A stretch of DNA of 64,000 bases, from assembly GCA_036507075.1 (NCBI GenBank), contig DASXQR010000167.1, forward strand, positions 13,516 through 77,515, read 5' to 3'. The stretch is from Acidobacteriota bacterium (GTDB lineage Bacteria > Acidobacteriota > UBA6911 > JACQSX01). Below are positions 30,765 through 40,800 of the stretch, in pieces (positions within the stretch are counted from its first letter, which is position 1; each line of letters opens with the position of its first letter). The position numbers and the translations under genes were made by a program. Under the pieces are notes generated by a model. That model had not been told where the DNA came from, did no database searches, and saw only the letters and a list, made by a program, of their open reading frames with translations.

Positions 30765-31055
30765 ATGGTACGAAAAGTAACTTTCACCCTCGATGACGAG
30801 GCGCTCGCGGTACTGGGACGTACCGCTGATCGTCTCCACAAACCGAAAAGCCAGGTGGTCCGCGAAGCCATCCATGATTATGGCGAACGGGTCGGGCGGC
30901 TGAGCGAGCAGGAGCGCCTGCGCCTGCTGGAGGTTTTCGATGAAGTTACGGCGCGCATTCCTCGCCGTCCTCTTGCCGAGGTTGAGGAAGAGATCTCGGA
31001 GCTCAGGAAGGCGCGCCGCGCCGGCGGCCGGCGGTCGCGGCGGCCAGTTCGATGA
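30765..31055 (+). CDS. ribbon-helix-helix antitoxin (VapB-like)
   Basis: RKVTFTLD...KPKSQVVREAI; ATGA overlap with the PIN gene; TATGGTA x3 at 30745-30770. Confidence 0.85.
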   Translation: MVRKVTFTLDDEALAVLGRTADRLHKPKSQVVREAIHDYGERVGRLSEQERLRLLEVFDEVTARIPRRPLAEVEEEISELRKARRAGGRRSRRPVR

Positions 31056-31432
31056 TACTGCTGGATACCTCCATTCTCATCGATGCATTGACCGGACCGC
31101 GGCGGTCGGCGCCGTCCTTGCGAAAGGCCATCGAACGTGGCGAGCGGGTTCTGGTCCCTGCTCTGGTGCTGTATGAATGGCTGCGTGGCCCCCGACTAAA
31201 GGCGGAACTTCTGGCGCAGGAGAGTTTATTCCCGCGAACGGACTCCGTGCCGTTTGGTCCGGAGGAATGCGCGCTTGCGGCAACTTTGTATCGGAAGGTT
31301 TCACATCCGCGTGGTCGAGAGATTGATCTTGCGATCGCCGCGTGCGCGATAGCGCGCGCCGCCTATCTCTGGACTCTTAACGCGTCAGACTTCCGCGACG
31401 TCCCGGACTTGCGGCTCTGGTCAGTTTCCTAG
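31052..31432 (+). CDS. vapC: VapC PIN-domain toxin
   Basis: LLDTSILID, YEW, DLAIAACA, WTLNASDF. Confidence 0.92.
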   Translation: MILLDTSILIDALTGPRRSAPSLRKAIERGERVLVPALVLYEWLRGPRLKAELLAQESLFPRTDSVPFGPEECALAATLYRKVSHPRGREIDLAIAACAIARAAYLWTLNASDFRDVPDLRLWSVS

Positions 31433-31435
31433 ACC

Positions 31436-31484
31436 CGTCAATTGGGGACAGACACCAATCGCCGATATCACTTCAGCCGTAAAC
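31436..31484 (+). repeat. 49-bp direct repeat, copy 1
   Basis: 46/49 identical to 35779-35827. Confidence 0.9.
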
Positions 31485-31531
31485 GCGAGTTCAACAAATC
31501 TTAACAAGTCTCAAGGACAGCGACCAATGCG

Positions 31532-34500
31532 TCAGAACGCCAGTCTCAGCCCGAATTGAATGTCTCGCGGGTCGGTGGCTGAGGTGATGCGGCCCACACT
31601 GGCCGGCACGGTGATGTCGGCGGCTGGAAGGCCAAAGTTGGCGTGGTTGAGGACGTTGAAGAATTCGGCCCGGAATTCCAGCCGGATTTTTTCCGTCAGT
31701 GCTGTCGTCTTGAAAACTGCGGCATCCCAGTTGAAAAAGCCGGGCCCGAAAAGAAAGTTCCGAGCCGAGTTGCCGTAAGTAAACGGAGCCGGGACGGCGA
31801 AGGCGTCTGGATTGAACCAGCGCTGAGTCGTGCGATTGCTCAGCTTGGGATTGCCCACCAGATCGGCTCGGTTGCTGGGCCAACCCTGCGTCCTGCTGGT
31901 AAAGGTCACCGAAAACGGCTGGCCGGTGCCAAAGCTGCTAATCCCGGCAATCTGCCAACCTCCCAGAAACTTGCCGGCCAGCCCCGACTGGGAAGACAGG
32001 TAACGTTTGCCTGGGCCAAAGGGCAGCTCGTAGATATAATTCAGCGCGGCGAAGTGCCGCCGGATCCCGTCAAGGTTGCCGCGATCCAGACGCGTATTGC
32101 GGTTGTCCATCGGGGGCAGAACATGGATCTGCTCGCCCAGCGCCTTGGTCAACTGGTACTCGAACTGGAAGGCAAATCCTGCCGAGTAGCGGCGTATGGC
32201 AGACAACTGCATTTGATGGGTGGACGCATCCCTTCCGGATTCGTAATAGGTAATCGGTCCAAAGGGCTGGTAAGGCCGCCGCGGCTGTACGGCACCCGGA
32301 GCCGGGGGAGGATCGTTCAAGTTGAACAAGCGTTCCAGATGGATCCCTCTGTTGCCGACATACGAAGCGCGCACCGCAGTGTTGGCGAGGACTTCATACT
32401 CTAAGGTAAAGTTCCATTGCTGGTGATACGGATTTCTACGATCGCGGGAGATCGCCTGGAGCGCCGGACTGGTGGGGAGGGTCCCGCTGCCGGGAAACGG
32501 GTTCGCCCACGTCAATGAGGGCGTCGGGCCGGGAATGGGCTCAAAGGTTTCCGTGACGCGAAATGGCGGATTCAGCGCCAGTTGGAAGAACCCGCTGTAG
32601 CCTGGCATCACGTTGTAGAAAATTCCGTAGCTGCCGCGTACGACGAAGCTCGTATTGCCCAGAGGCCGAAATGCAAAACCGAGACGAGGCGCAAAGTTGT
32701 TGCGATCCTTATTTAGATAGTTTCCACTATCCAAATCGACACTCTTCCCATCCACGATGGGCAAAGTGGCCAGCAGCCTGGGATCGGCCGTGCCAGCCAG
32801 CAAAACGATCTTGCCCAAATGGGGATAGAAGTTAGACAGGTCTCCCTGGCCATTCTCAAATAAGCTCGCGTATTCGTAGCGCAGCCCGAGATTGAGCGTC
32901 AGACTGGGCAGTACATTCCAGTCATCCTGCACAAAAGTGGCATAGCGGCTGTTTTGCGGCTCGGCCTCCACGTTTCTGCTCACGCGGCTGCTGGCCGAAG
33001 CGGCGCCCAGAAGAAAGTCTGCAAACGAATGGCCGCTGTAGCGTCCATCAAAGCTGAAACTGCCCCGGGGCGGGGGTGGGTTCTGAAAATTGAAAGAAGA
33101 GGCCCGTTGAAATTCGAAGCCTGTCTTGATCGCGTGTGCCCCGCGCCGCCAGCTCAGAGTGTCGATAACCTCATAGCTACGCTGCCGATCACCGGATCCC
33201 GGAAGGTCAAGGAAGCCACGAAACCCCGTGATAGTTATGTTGGGAAGGCCACCCAGGCCCTTGACTGGCGATATCAGCCCGGGAATCACCTTGCTCGGAT
33301 CAAAATCAAAATTCTGAGGCGTGCGGAAGTAGTTGACATGCATAAATCCAAAGCGCACTTCGTTGATTACCGTTGACGATAGCAGCCGCGTGTAGCTTCC
33401 AACAGCATTGCGCGTGGCAGTGCCAAATCCTCCCCAATTTCCAAATTTATCTGTCCCGGTGCCAACGCCCGAGACAAAGGGTCCGTTGTCGGCCAGGTAA
33501 AACCTCCCGGTGACGCTGTCAACCGAGCTGGCCTGGTAATCGACCCGCGCCGAGTAGCGATCGTAGCTTTCACGCGTTGGCACGTTGACCGTGAAATTAT
33601 TGCCGAGGCCGGCAGCGCCGGTTCCGGGCCCGTTTGGATCCGATGCGAACTTGAGCAGTTCCCGCGCCACTGGGCTGATTCGTTCGGAAGGAATGCGGTT
33701 GTTCAGAAAGGGAACACCCGTAACAGGGTCGCGAATTGGCGGCAAGCCGCTGAAGTCTCCTGCCTTGAGCGCCGTCGTGGGCATTGCATGAACAGTGGTC
33801 GTGGAAACCCGCCGGCGCAGCCCCTCAAAGTTGCCGAAGAAGAACAGTTTATTTTCAAGAATGGGACCGCCGAGGGATCCGCCAAACTCGTTTCGATTAA
33901 ACGAAGGTTTGGGCAGGCCTGTGGCGAAGTGATTCTTGGCAGAAAGAGCCCGGTTGCGGTTAAAAGCGAACAGACTGCCGTGGAATTCGTTCGTACCGGA
34001 TTTCGTGACCACTACTATCTGGGCGCCGCCTCTGCCGAACTCGGCAGGAGCACCGTTTGCGATCACCTTGAATTCGCCGATCGATTCAAGAGAGGGCGCC
34101 AGCGGCAGAATCCTCTCGTTGCCCACGTCAACGTTGGCTGCCCCGTCGACGGTCATGTTAGCGGCCCCGAACCAGGCGCCGCCGGCAATCATCGGATTGA
34201 TGGAAGCGCTCTGCACTCCAGGCGTCAGAATCAAGAGCCCCAGGATCCCCGCCCTGCCGTTGAGCGGCATCGAGACAATTTGCATCCCATCGACGACGCT
34301 GCCGACCGAAGATGTATCGGACTGGACGACCGGCACGCTGGCCTGCACTTCGACCTCGCTTGTCACTTCGCCCACCTCAAGCTTCACGTCGACGCGCACC
34401 GTCTGGTTCACGAACACGATGACGGGCCGCACCACAACCGTCTTAAAACCTTGCAGCTCTACACTCAGCTTGTAGCTTCCCGGCTCCACGTTGGTGAAGG

Positions 34501-34708
34501 TGTATTCACCTTGTTCACCCGCTGTCGTCTCACTGGAAATGCCGGTATTTTCATTGAGCAACGTAATCCTTACTCCCGGCACCACGGCAGCGGAAGAATC
34601 TGTTATGCGTCCCACAACCACGCCCCGAGTCGCCTGTCCCCAAAGCCCGCCGGCTCCCAGCCAAAGCAAGCCCGATACAATCAAGGTTCTGACAATGATG
34701 CGGCGCAT
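31532..34708 (-). CDS. TonB-dependent receptor (Oar-like) with N-terminal carboxypeptidase-regulatory-like domain
   Basis: AGGAGG RBS, signal peptide, TKSGTNEFHGS, QDDW, FAPRLGFA, PRDIQFGLRLAF terminus. Confidence 0.93.
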   Translation of the reverse strand: MRRIIVRTLIVSGLLWLGAGGLWGQATRGVVVGRITDSSAAVVPGVRITLLNENTGISSETTAGEQGEYTFTNVEPGSYKLSVELQGFKTVVVRPVIVFVNQTVRVDVKLEVGEVTSEVEVQASVPVVQSDTSSVGSVVDGMQIVSMPLNGRAGILGLLILTPGVQSASINPMIAGGAWFGAANMTVDGAANVDVGNERILPLAPSLESIGEFKVIANGAPAEFGRGGAQIVVVTKSGTNEFHGSLFAFNRNRALSAKNHFATGLPKPSFNRNEFGGSLGGPILENKLFFFGNFEGLRRRVSTTTVHAMPTTALKAGDFSGLPPIRDPVTGVPFLNNRIPSERISPVARELLKFASDPNGPGTGAAGLGNNFTVNVPTRESYDRYSARVDYQASSVDSVTGRFYLADNGPFVSGVGTGTDKFGNWGGFGTATRNAVGSYTRLLSSTVINEVRFGFMHVNYFRTPQNFDFDPSKVIPGLISPVKGLGGLPNITITGFRGFLDLPGSGDRQRSYEVIDTLSWRRGAHAIKTGFEFQRASSFNFQNPPPPRGSFSFDGRYSGHSFADFLLGAASASSRVSRNVEAEPQNSRYATFVQDDWNVLPSLTLNLGLRYEYASLFENGQGDLSNFYPHLGKIVLLAGTADPRLLATLPIVDGKSVDLDSGNYLNKDRNNFAPRLGFAFRPLGNTSFVVRGSYGIFYNVMPGYSGFFQLALNPPFRVTETFEPIPGPTPSLTWANPFPGSGTLPTSPALQAISRDRRNPYHQQWNFTLEYEVLANTAVRASYVGNRGIHLERLFNLNDPPPAPGAVQPRRPYQPFGPITYYESGRDASTHQMQLSAIRRYSAGFAFQFEYQLTKALGEQIHVLPPMDNRNTRLDRGNLDGIRRHFAALNYIYELPFGPGKRYLSSQSGLAGKFLGGWQIAGISSFGTGQPFSVTFTSRTQGWPSNRADLVGNPKLSNRTTQRWFNPDAFAVPAPFTYGNSARNFLFGPGFFNWDAAVFKTTALTEKIRLEFRAEFFNVLNHANFGLPAADITVPASVGRITSATDPRDIQFGLRLAF

Positions 34709-34938
34709 TTTGTCCTCCTGACTTTGGTCAATATCTATTCGGCGCGGCTGCGCCCTCTTTCTGTGATGAACCATTATCCAGGATTTCCGTTTTGGACTCC
34801 TGGGCGACTGCAAGCATACATCGGACCACCTCTCCCTTAGAAGGCTCCAGGACCGATTCTATGTGGCCGAAGGCTTGGATGTGATTTGCTTTTGGATAAC
34901 CTGCTACCGGCACATAACGCAAACAGAGCGAAAAAGAA

Positions 34939-34982
34939 CTTACAAGCAGAAGGCCCGCGGTTCGAGCCCGCAAGCGCCCACC
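34939..34982 (+). pseudogene. 3' fragment of tRNA-Val(TAC); probable att remnant
   Basis: CT-TAC-AA loop, GCAGA, AGGCC, GCGG-TTCGAGC-CCGC T arm, AGCGCCC-A-CC; 5' half absent. Confidence 0.7.
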
Positions 34983-35192
34983 GCTTTCTTCCAATGCGTG
35001 AAAAACGCGCTCGGTACCGTGTATCAGTTTCGTGGGCAGAATCCAGGACTTTGACTGCGCGAGTCCGGCGGCAATATGGCGAAAACTGCACCATCGAACA
35101 TCAGAGCGATGGATCGCGCTCCTGAATATGCCAGTAATTGTAGTGCCCAGGCTTGGCGTCGTTGGGGCGCGTAATCATGCTATGATCCGCCC

Positions 35193-35507
35193 GTGGTTCG
35201 AGTGGATAAATTGACGGCAGCGTTGCTTGCGTACCAGCCGGAGCGGATCTATGTCTTCGGTTCCGCGGCGCGCGAGGAGACCGATTCGTTAAGCGACCTC
35301 GACGTGGTTATCATAAAGCGCACATCAGCGCCATTTTTCGACCGTTTGCGGGAGGTCAGCCGTTTGTTGCCCGAGCGAATCGGCGCCGTCGATATTCTGG
35401 TTTATACGCCTGACGAGTTCGAGCGAATGCTGCAGGAAGGGAACGCGTTTGCGTGGATGATTGCCGAAGAGGGGCGTCTCGTCTATGGCAGGCCACAGGA
35501 AAGTTGA
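35193..35507 (+). CDS. minimal nucleotidyltransferase (MNT) antitoxin
   Basis: RIYVFGSAAREETDSLSDLDVVII, VDILVYTPDE. Confidence 0.9.
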   Translation: MVRVDKLTAALLAYQPERIYVFGSAAREETDSLSDLDVVIIKRTSAPFFDRLREVSRLLPERIGAVDILVYTPDEFERMLQEGNAFAWMIAEEGRLVYGRPQES

Positions 35508-35757
35508 GGCGCGACGGTGGTTTCAACAAGCGCTGCATGATTTGAGAGCGGTTGGATGGACCATCGAGGGCGGTTTTTATATTCCTTCCCGATATCCTAA
35601 CGGTCTGCCCAGTGGTTACCCGCATCAGTTCTATGCGAAGGAGATGGCCGATCAAGCCTTGAAGGCGGCGGAGATGATCGTTTCTGCAATTCGGGAGCAC
35701 TATCGCAAACAGGGCGAAGACAGCATACTGCACGCCGTTGACTCCTTGCACGAGTAG
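35485..35757 (+). pseudogene. HEPN protein with an in-frame internal deletion
   Basis: EARRWFQQALHDL...GGFY joined directly to IPSRYPNG; the central QQAAEKALK...H segment usual in this family is absent. Confidence 0.75.
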
Positions 35758-35778
35758 CTGGTTTTCAAAAATTGGCAG

Positions 35779-35827
35779 CGTCAATTGGGGACAGACACCC
35801 ATCACCGATGTCACTTCAGCCGTAAAC
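35779..35827 (+). repeat. 49-bp direct repeat, copy 2
   Basis: Matches 31436-31484; contains the last codons (LRLK*) of gene 35811..37733. Confidence 0.9.
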
Positions 35828-37733
35828 TCAATGGCTGGCCGGACTGGGTGAAGAATCTCAGCGCGCCGGTCGAGTTCTGGCCGGGCGAACGGCTAAAGAG
35901 AATGAATTGTGTCGTATAACCACCACCGTCAGCGAAATGAGGAAAGAGCAGTTCGTTGCTGGAGGGCGGGCTGGTTTCATCCACGGGCGGGGTGGTCGTA
36001 ATCAGGAAATCGCCGCGCTCATTGACGCGCGCGCGCAATCCCACGACCGAGACTCCCGGGCCCGCGCTGGTAGTAATACGAAGCACGCCTTGAAAGGGGA
36101 CCGGCAGCGACTCAAATCCGGGAAGCTGGCTCAAAAACAATGAAATCTGCCCGTTCGCCGGAATAGTGGCCGTGCTGGTCAAACCCGTTGATACGCCGGC
36201 CAGAGTGGTCAGCTCAAAATTTACTGTTGCTGCGGCGGACAGGGGATTCGCCACCGCTACTCCGGTCTGAATCGATCCGGCAGTGGCGCCGGACGCTTCC
36301 GCGTACATGCGCAGAGCGCGCGCTGGCGCGAGTGCAGGAACTCCCGCTTCGGCAACGGTGACCCCGGCGTTCTTAAACGAAAAGATCCCAAGGCCGGAAG
36401 GAGTCCTGGTATTCGGCTCCGGAGTAATCCGAACTGAACCAACTCTGGCCGTCCCAGCGGTGCCGGCAGTGCGCAAGCGCTGAGCGCTGCGCGCGGGGAC
36501 GGAATAAGAGAAGGTACTGTTTGTGACTGAATCGATCGTCACTTCGATCGGTTGTGCAGGCGTGGTTCCACTTCCCTGACCGAGCAACTGAATAGTTCCG
36601 TTCATCGGAGTGTCACCCGGATTGACCAGGACCAACTGCGTCGTCCAGCCGCCTCCATCCGCGAAGTGCGGGAAAAGCACCATCTCGCCTGTTGTCACCA
36701 AAGAAAGATCGGCCACGGGCAGAGTAGTGAGGAGAAAATCAGCGCGCTCGTTGGCCAGGCCCCGCAACGCGATGGCGGAGACGGAGACATTTGAGGTGAA
36801 TGTGAAGGTCCCGGTAAAAGAGCTACTTCCATTGAATGGCGCCTGATTCAGGAAAGCTGCTATTTGCCCGTTGGCGGCGATGGTGGTGTTTCCAGAGCCG
36901 GTAGTCGTCCCGTTTGCGTCGGTGAAAAAGAACGTCAGAGTCGCGGCCTGCGGATTTGGATTGGCTAGCGCCAGGCCCGTGTTGACGGGACCATTAACTT
37001 CTGCATAAATCCGCCCGGATCGAATCAGCGGTGACGCGGGAACGCCCGCTTCACTGACTAATATTCCGTTCTGGCGGAATCCAAAGATCGCCAAACCCGC
37101 CGGCGTGGGGCTGCCAGGTGCGGGCTGAATGCGGGCATAGCCGATCGCAGGTGTCGTCGAGATGCCCAAAGTGATCAGGGAGATTCCTCCGCGATCGGCA
37201 ATGGAAAAGGGGGTCTGCACGACCGGCGCCGGCGCTACGGTAAGCTCGATTTGGGCTGATGCACCCCCAAGAGCCGTGGGAAGGGACGCTGTAATCGTAG
37301 TAGTTCCCGTTCCGACGGCGTTGACGTTCACGGTCACAGATGTGGAACCAGCAGGGAGGTTGACAGATCCGGGAACCGTCGCCACTGCCGGATTAGAAGA
37401 CGAGAGCGCGATCGTGGTGTTGCTTCCCTGAGCAAAACTAATTGTCACGGTCAGGGTGCCGATGTTTCCCACCGAGATGAAAGGCGAAGCAGCAATCAAG
37501 GCCAATCTGGCGGCAAGCACCGGCTGGCTCAAAATATTCCCCGAAGCATCGTACGTGTAGCGAACCGCCGTGCCATTACCGTAGTCGACCAGTATCAGCC
37601 GGCCCGCGCTGTCGTAGGTGTACGCGACCGTCACGGCTTGCAGGACGGGCGTAATCGAGAGCAACAGCCCAAGCACAAAACTACTGGCTATCGTGGCAAG
37701 TCTTCTTTGTGAAATTTTCATAAACGTCCTCAA
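35811..37733 (-). CDS. exported YD-hairpin + Ig-like + FPHFADGGG-module protein
   Basis: Signal peptide; YTYDSAGRL...YTYDASGNIL; SSSNPAVATV Ig motif; two FPHFADGGG(W/Y)TTQ motifs. Confidence 0.8.
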   Translation of the reverse strand: MRTFMKISQRRLATIASSFVLGLLLSITPVLQAVTVAYTYDSAGRLILVDYGNGTAVRYTYDASGNILSQPVLAARLALIAASPFISVGNIGTLTVTISFAQGSNTTIALSSSNPAVATVPGSVNLPAGSTSVTVNVNAVGTGTTTITASLPTALGGASAQIELTVAPAPVVQTPFSIADRGGISLITLGISTTPAIGYARIQPAPGSPTPAGLAIFGFRQNGILVSEAGVPASPLIRSGRIYAEVNGPVNTGLALANPNPQAATLTFFFTDANGTTTGSGNTTIAANGQIAAFLNQAPFNGSSSFTGTFTFTSNVSVSAIALRGLANERADFLLTTLPVADLSLVTTGEMVLFPHFADGGGWTTQLVLVNPGDTPMNGTIQLLGQGSGTTPAQPIEVTIDSVTNSTFSYSVPARSAQRLRTAGTAGTARVGSVRITPEPNTRTPSGLGIFSFKNAGVTVAEAGVPALAPARALRMYAEASGATAGSIQTGVAVANPLSAAATVNFELTTLAGVSTGLTSTATIPANGQISLFLSQLPGFESLPVPFQGVLRITTSAGPGVSVVGLRARVNERGDFLITTTPPVDETSPPSSNELLFPHFADGGGYTTQFILFSRSPGQNSTGALRFFTQSGQPLSLRLK

Positions 37734-37863
37734 ACCCTTTACACCATTACTAAGCCGCGCGTCGCCTGATCGTGAAAAGACTTGGAGCGCACAGCATTTG
37801 CCCGGGCTTCAGTTGGGTAGAACTGGAATGCCGGCGGCAACGTTGACTGCATTTGCGTCTTCG

Positions 37864-40800
37864 TCAGGGACGTCGTGACATCCGCGGACCAATCCACTCC
37901 CCACCCAAGGTCTGGCCGGGCTGATCTGCCTCAATGACAAAATCGTATTGGGCATCTCCCGCCTCTGGTGGTAGTGGGACGGAGCGGAAGATCTGAATCA
38001 ATTTCCTCGCGCGACCGATCGACTCTCCCCCCAACATCTGCCCGGCCTGATCTGCCTCAATGATGAAATCGTACGCGGCATCTCCCGGCTCTATTGGCTG
38101 GCCAAGAAGAGCCTGCCATGGCTTAGAATCTTCTACCAGCAAGACAATGTCTTCCTTCATGTAGAACGAAGGGTCCGCTACCATGGTTACAGCTGTCGGC
38201 CCCGGAGGGAGTCCAGCCGCGATCAGCGCGTCGTTACGCTCAGCGTCGGTCATCCGATGAATTCTGCCCGCTTCTTCTCTTTCTCTTTCTCTTTCTCTTC
38301 TTTTTCTTTGTCTTTCTTCTTCTTGTTTCTCAATGTACTTGATCAGAAACCTCATAAACTCACGATTGTCACTGGCGTCGAAGTCATTCTCGGTGGCATC
38401 AAGACCCATCGGATCCACGTTTCTTGTCGGATTCTGAGCGACATATTGATAACGATTGATCGATGCTGGATCCGATGCATCCTGGCCCCGTGGGTCACGT
38501 ATGAGAAATCGCCCCGTCGAACTGTCGTAATATCGGGCCCGCATGTAGTAGAGGTCCGTCGGTTCCCGCATCACGCCGTACTTTCCAACGTAGGCGAACG
38601 GATTGTCTGTAGAGCCATTAGATGCAGTGATCTGACCGTAAGCAGAATATGCATAGCTGTCGGTAACTGTCCCGTTGTCGTCCGTAAGGAACAGCGTCGA
38701 GCCGATCTCGTCATAGTGATAAAAACGCCGGGCACTGCCCGATTCTTCGATGCTGTAAAGCAACGCGCCGCCCGGAGTGTGGACGTAATAGCGAATCGTG
38801 TTCCCGTCGTCCTTGACGATAGAAATTGAGGGAAGAGCCAGCGCGTAACTCCAGGTATAGCTGCGCGTAGTTCCATCATTTCCTGCCGTTCGAACAGCGC
38901 GTGTGAGTCGGTGGCCGAACGCGTCGTAGGTTAAGTTAACTGTGCTCTGCCCATCGTTGTAAGAAGCAAGCCGCGACGCGAGATCCCATAAGTACGTGCG
39001 CGCTCCGTCATTGGTGAGTCTCCCCAGCGCGTCGTAATCAAAGCCGACAACCTGGTCCGCGTCGTTGTAGTTGCGACTGGGGTTTTCTCTGCCGACGACG
39101 GGCGCTGCGGGCACGCTGCGGACCGCCTGCCTGGTTCGACCGGCGCTGTCCTTCGTCAGCGCAATTGAAGACAGATAGGTTTGGCCGCGACCTTCCACAA
39201 TTCCCGTAAGCCGGCCGGCAGCGTCATAGCTGTAGCTCGTGACAATCCCGTTGGGCCGAGAAAGTGTTACCGGGCGCCGCGCGTCATCGTACGAAAACCG
39301 CGTAGTTCCTCCGGCCCAATCTGTAACGGAAGTGAGCAGGTTGCGGGCGTCATAGGCGTAGCTCACCGCCTTTCCAGGCGCCAGTGTCATGGTTGTGATT
39401 CTGCCGCCGTTATCCCTGCTCAACGTCATTCCATTCGTCACGACTATCCGGTCATCATCGTCGTAGCTGAGCGCAACACCGCTGGCAGAGATCAGGCGAT
39501 CGTTGTCGTCGTAGTTGTAGTCGAGACGAGTTCCATCCGAATAGTTTTCGGCGGTGATGAGGCCCGACTCGTCACGCGTAAGATTCAGGACCCCCAAAGG
39601 CAGATCGACGCGCGTCAGCCTGTTCTGTGGGTCATATGTCAGGCGTGAGAGATTGCCCAGTGGATCGGTGCTGGAGATCAGGCGGCCAAGGTTGTCATAG
39701 CCGCGATTCCAGACCTTCCCTCGCGGATTGGTGGTTTGTCTAACCAGCCCCAGGTTGTCGCGTGTGTAGGCAGCGGTGATTGGTCCTGGATCTGAAATCT
39801 GGCTGAGCAGGCCACGTGTTTCATAGCCGTAAGTTCTCGTCTCCGAGAGAGGGTTTGTGGCCGAAACGACGCGGCTCAGCGCGTTGTACTCGAATCTTGT
39901 TTGATTTGATAGTGGGTCGCTGAGAGTAGTCGGGCGCCCCTGTTTGTCGTTCGTGTAGCGCCATACTTGACCGAGCGGGTTAGTCGAGGCGGTAAGGAAA
40001 TTCTCATCATCATACGTATAGGCCCAGGTCTTACCAGCAGCATCCACCACCGATGTCAGTCGGCCGCGTGCATCGTAGTTGTACGTGACCTGATTACCGT
40101 TTCGATCTACTACCGATTTGAGCCGCCGAAGCGCATCATAAGCATACGTCGTTGTCTTGCCCAGGGGATCTGTAACCGCGGTGATATTCTCGTTGGCGTC
40201 GTAATTGAGCGTCCATATTTTGCCGAGCCGGTTTGTGACGTTCTTCAGGTTGTTGTTGTCGTCGTAACCGTATGCGGTAGTCTTCCCCTTTTCGTTAACG
40301 CTGTTTGTGAGGTTGTCATTCGCGTCATAGGCGAATCGAACCGTTGTGCCGTCGGCCCGGGTGATCCGATCCCGACGTTTTAGTGAATCGTAGCCAAATG
40401 ACGTACCGTTGCCGGCCGGATCGCGCACCGATGCAACCGTGGCATCGGAGTTGTAGGCATAAGTGGTCACGCCGTTTTCCGGATTAGTCGCTGTGAGGAT
40501 TTGCCCGCGCTCGTTGTGGGTGTAGGTCCAAACCTTCCCCGCGCGGTCGGTTCGGCTCACGAGGTTTCCTTTCGCGTCGTAAGTGAACTCGTCACGAGTT
40601 AAAGCAAACGAGATCTTCGTACTGGGTACGTCGGGATAATCAATACGGGCGAGCTCAAAAAATGTAAAACCATCCTGCGCTTGAGAAGCGTAACTGAACC
40701 TCCACGCTTTTCCCGTGTAGTCAGTCATTGAGCTGACCTTCCCTGAAGCAGCGTCGTACGTCGATGCGGAACTGTCGCCGAACCTGTCGGTTGTGGAAGT

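Noticed and set aside
37889..38087. DGR template/variable repeat pair
   Set aside because: Both copies are in-frame in one ORF, differences are not confined to adenines, and no reverse transcriptase is present
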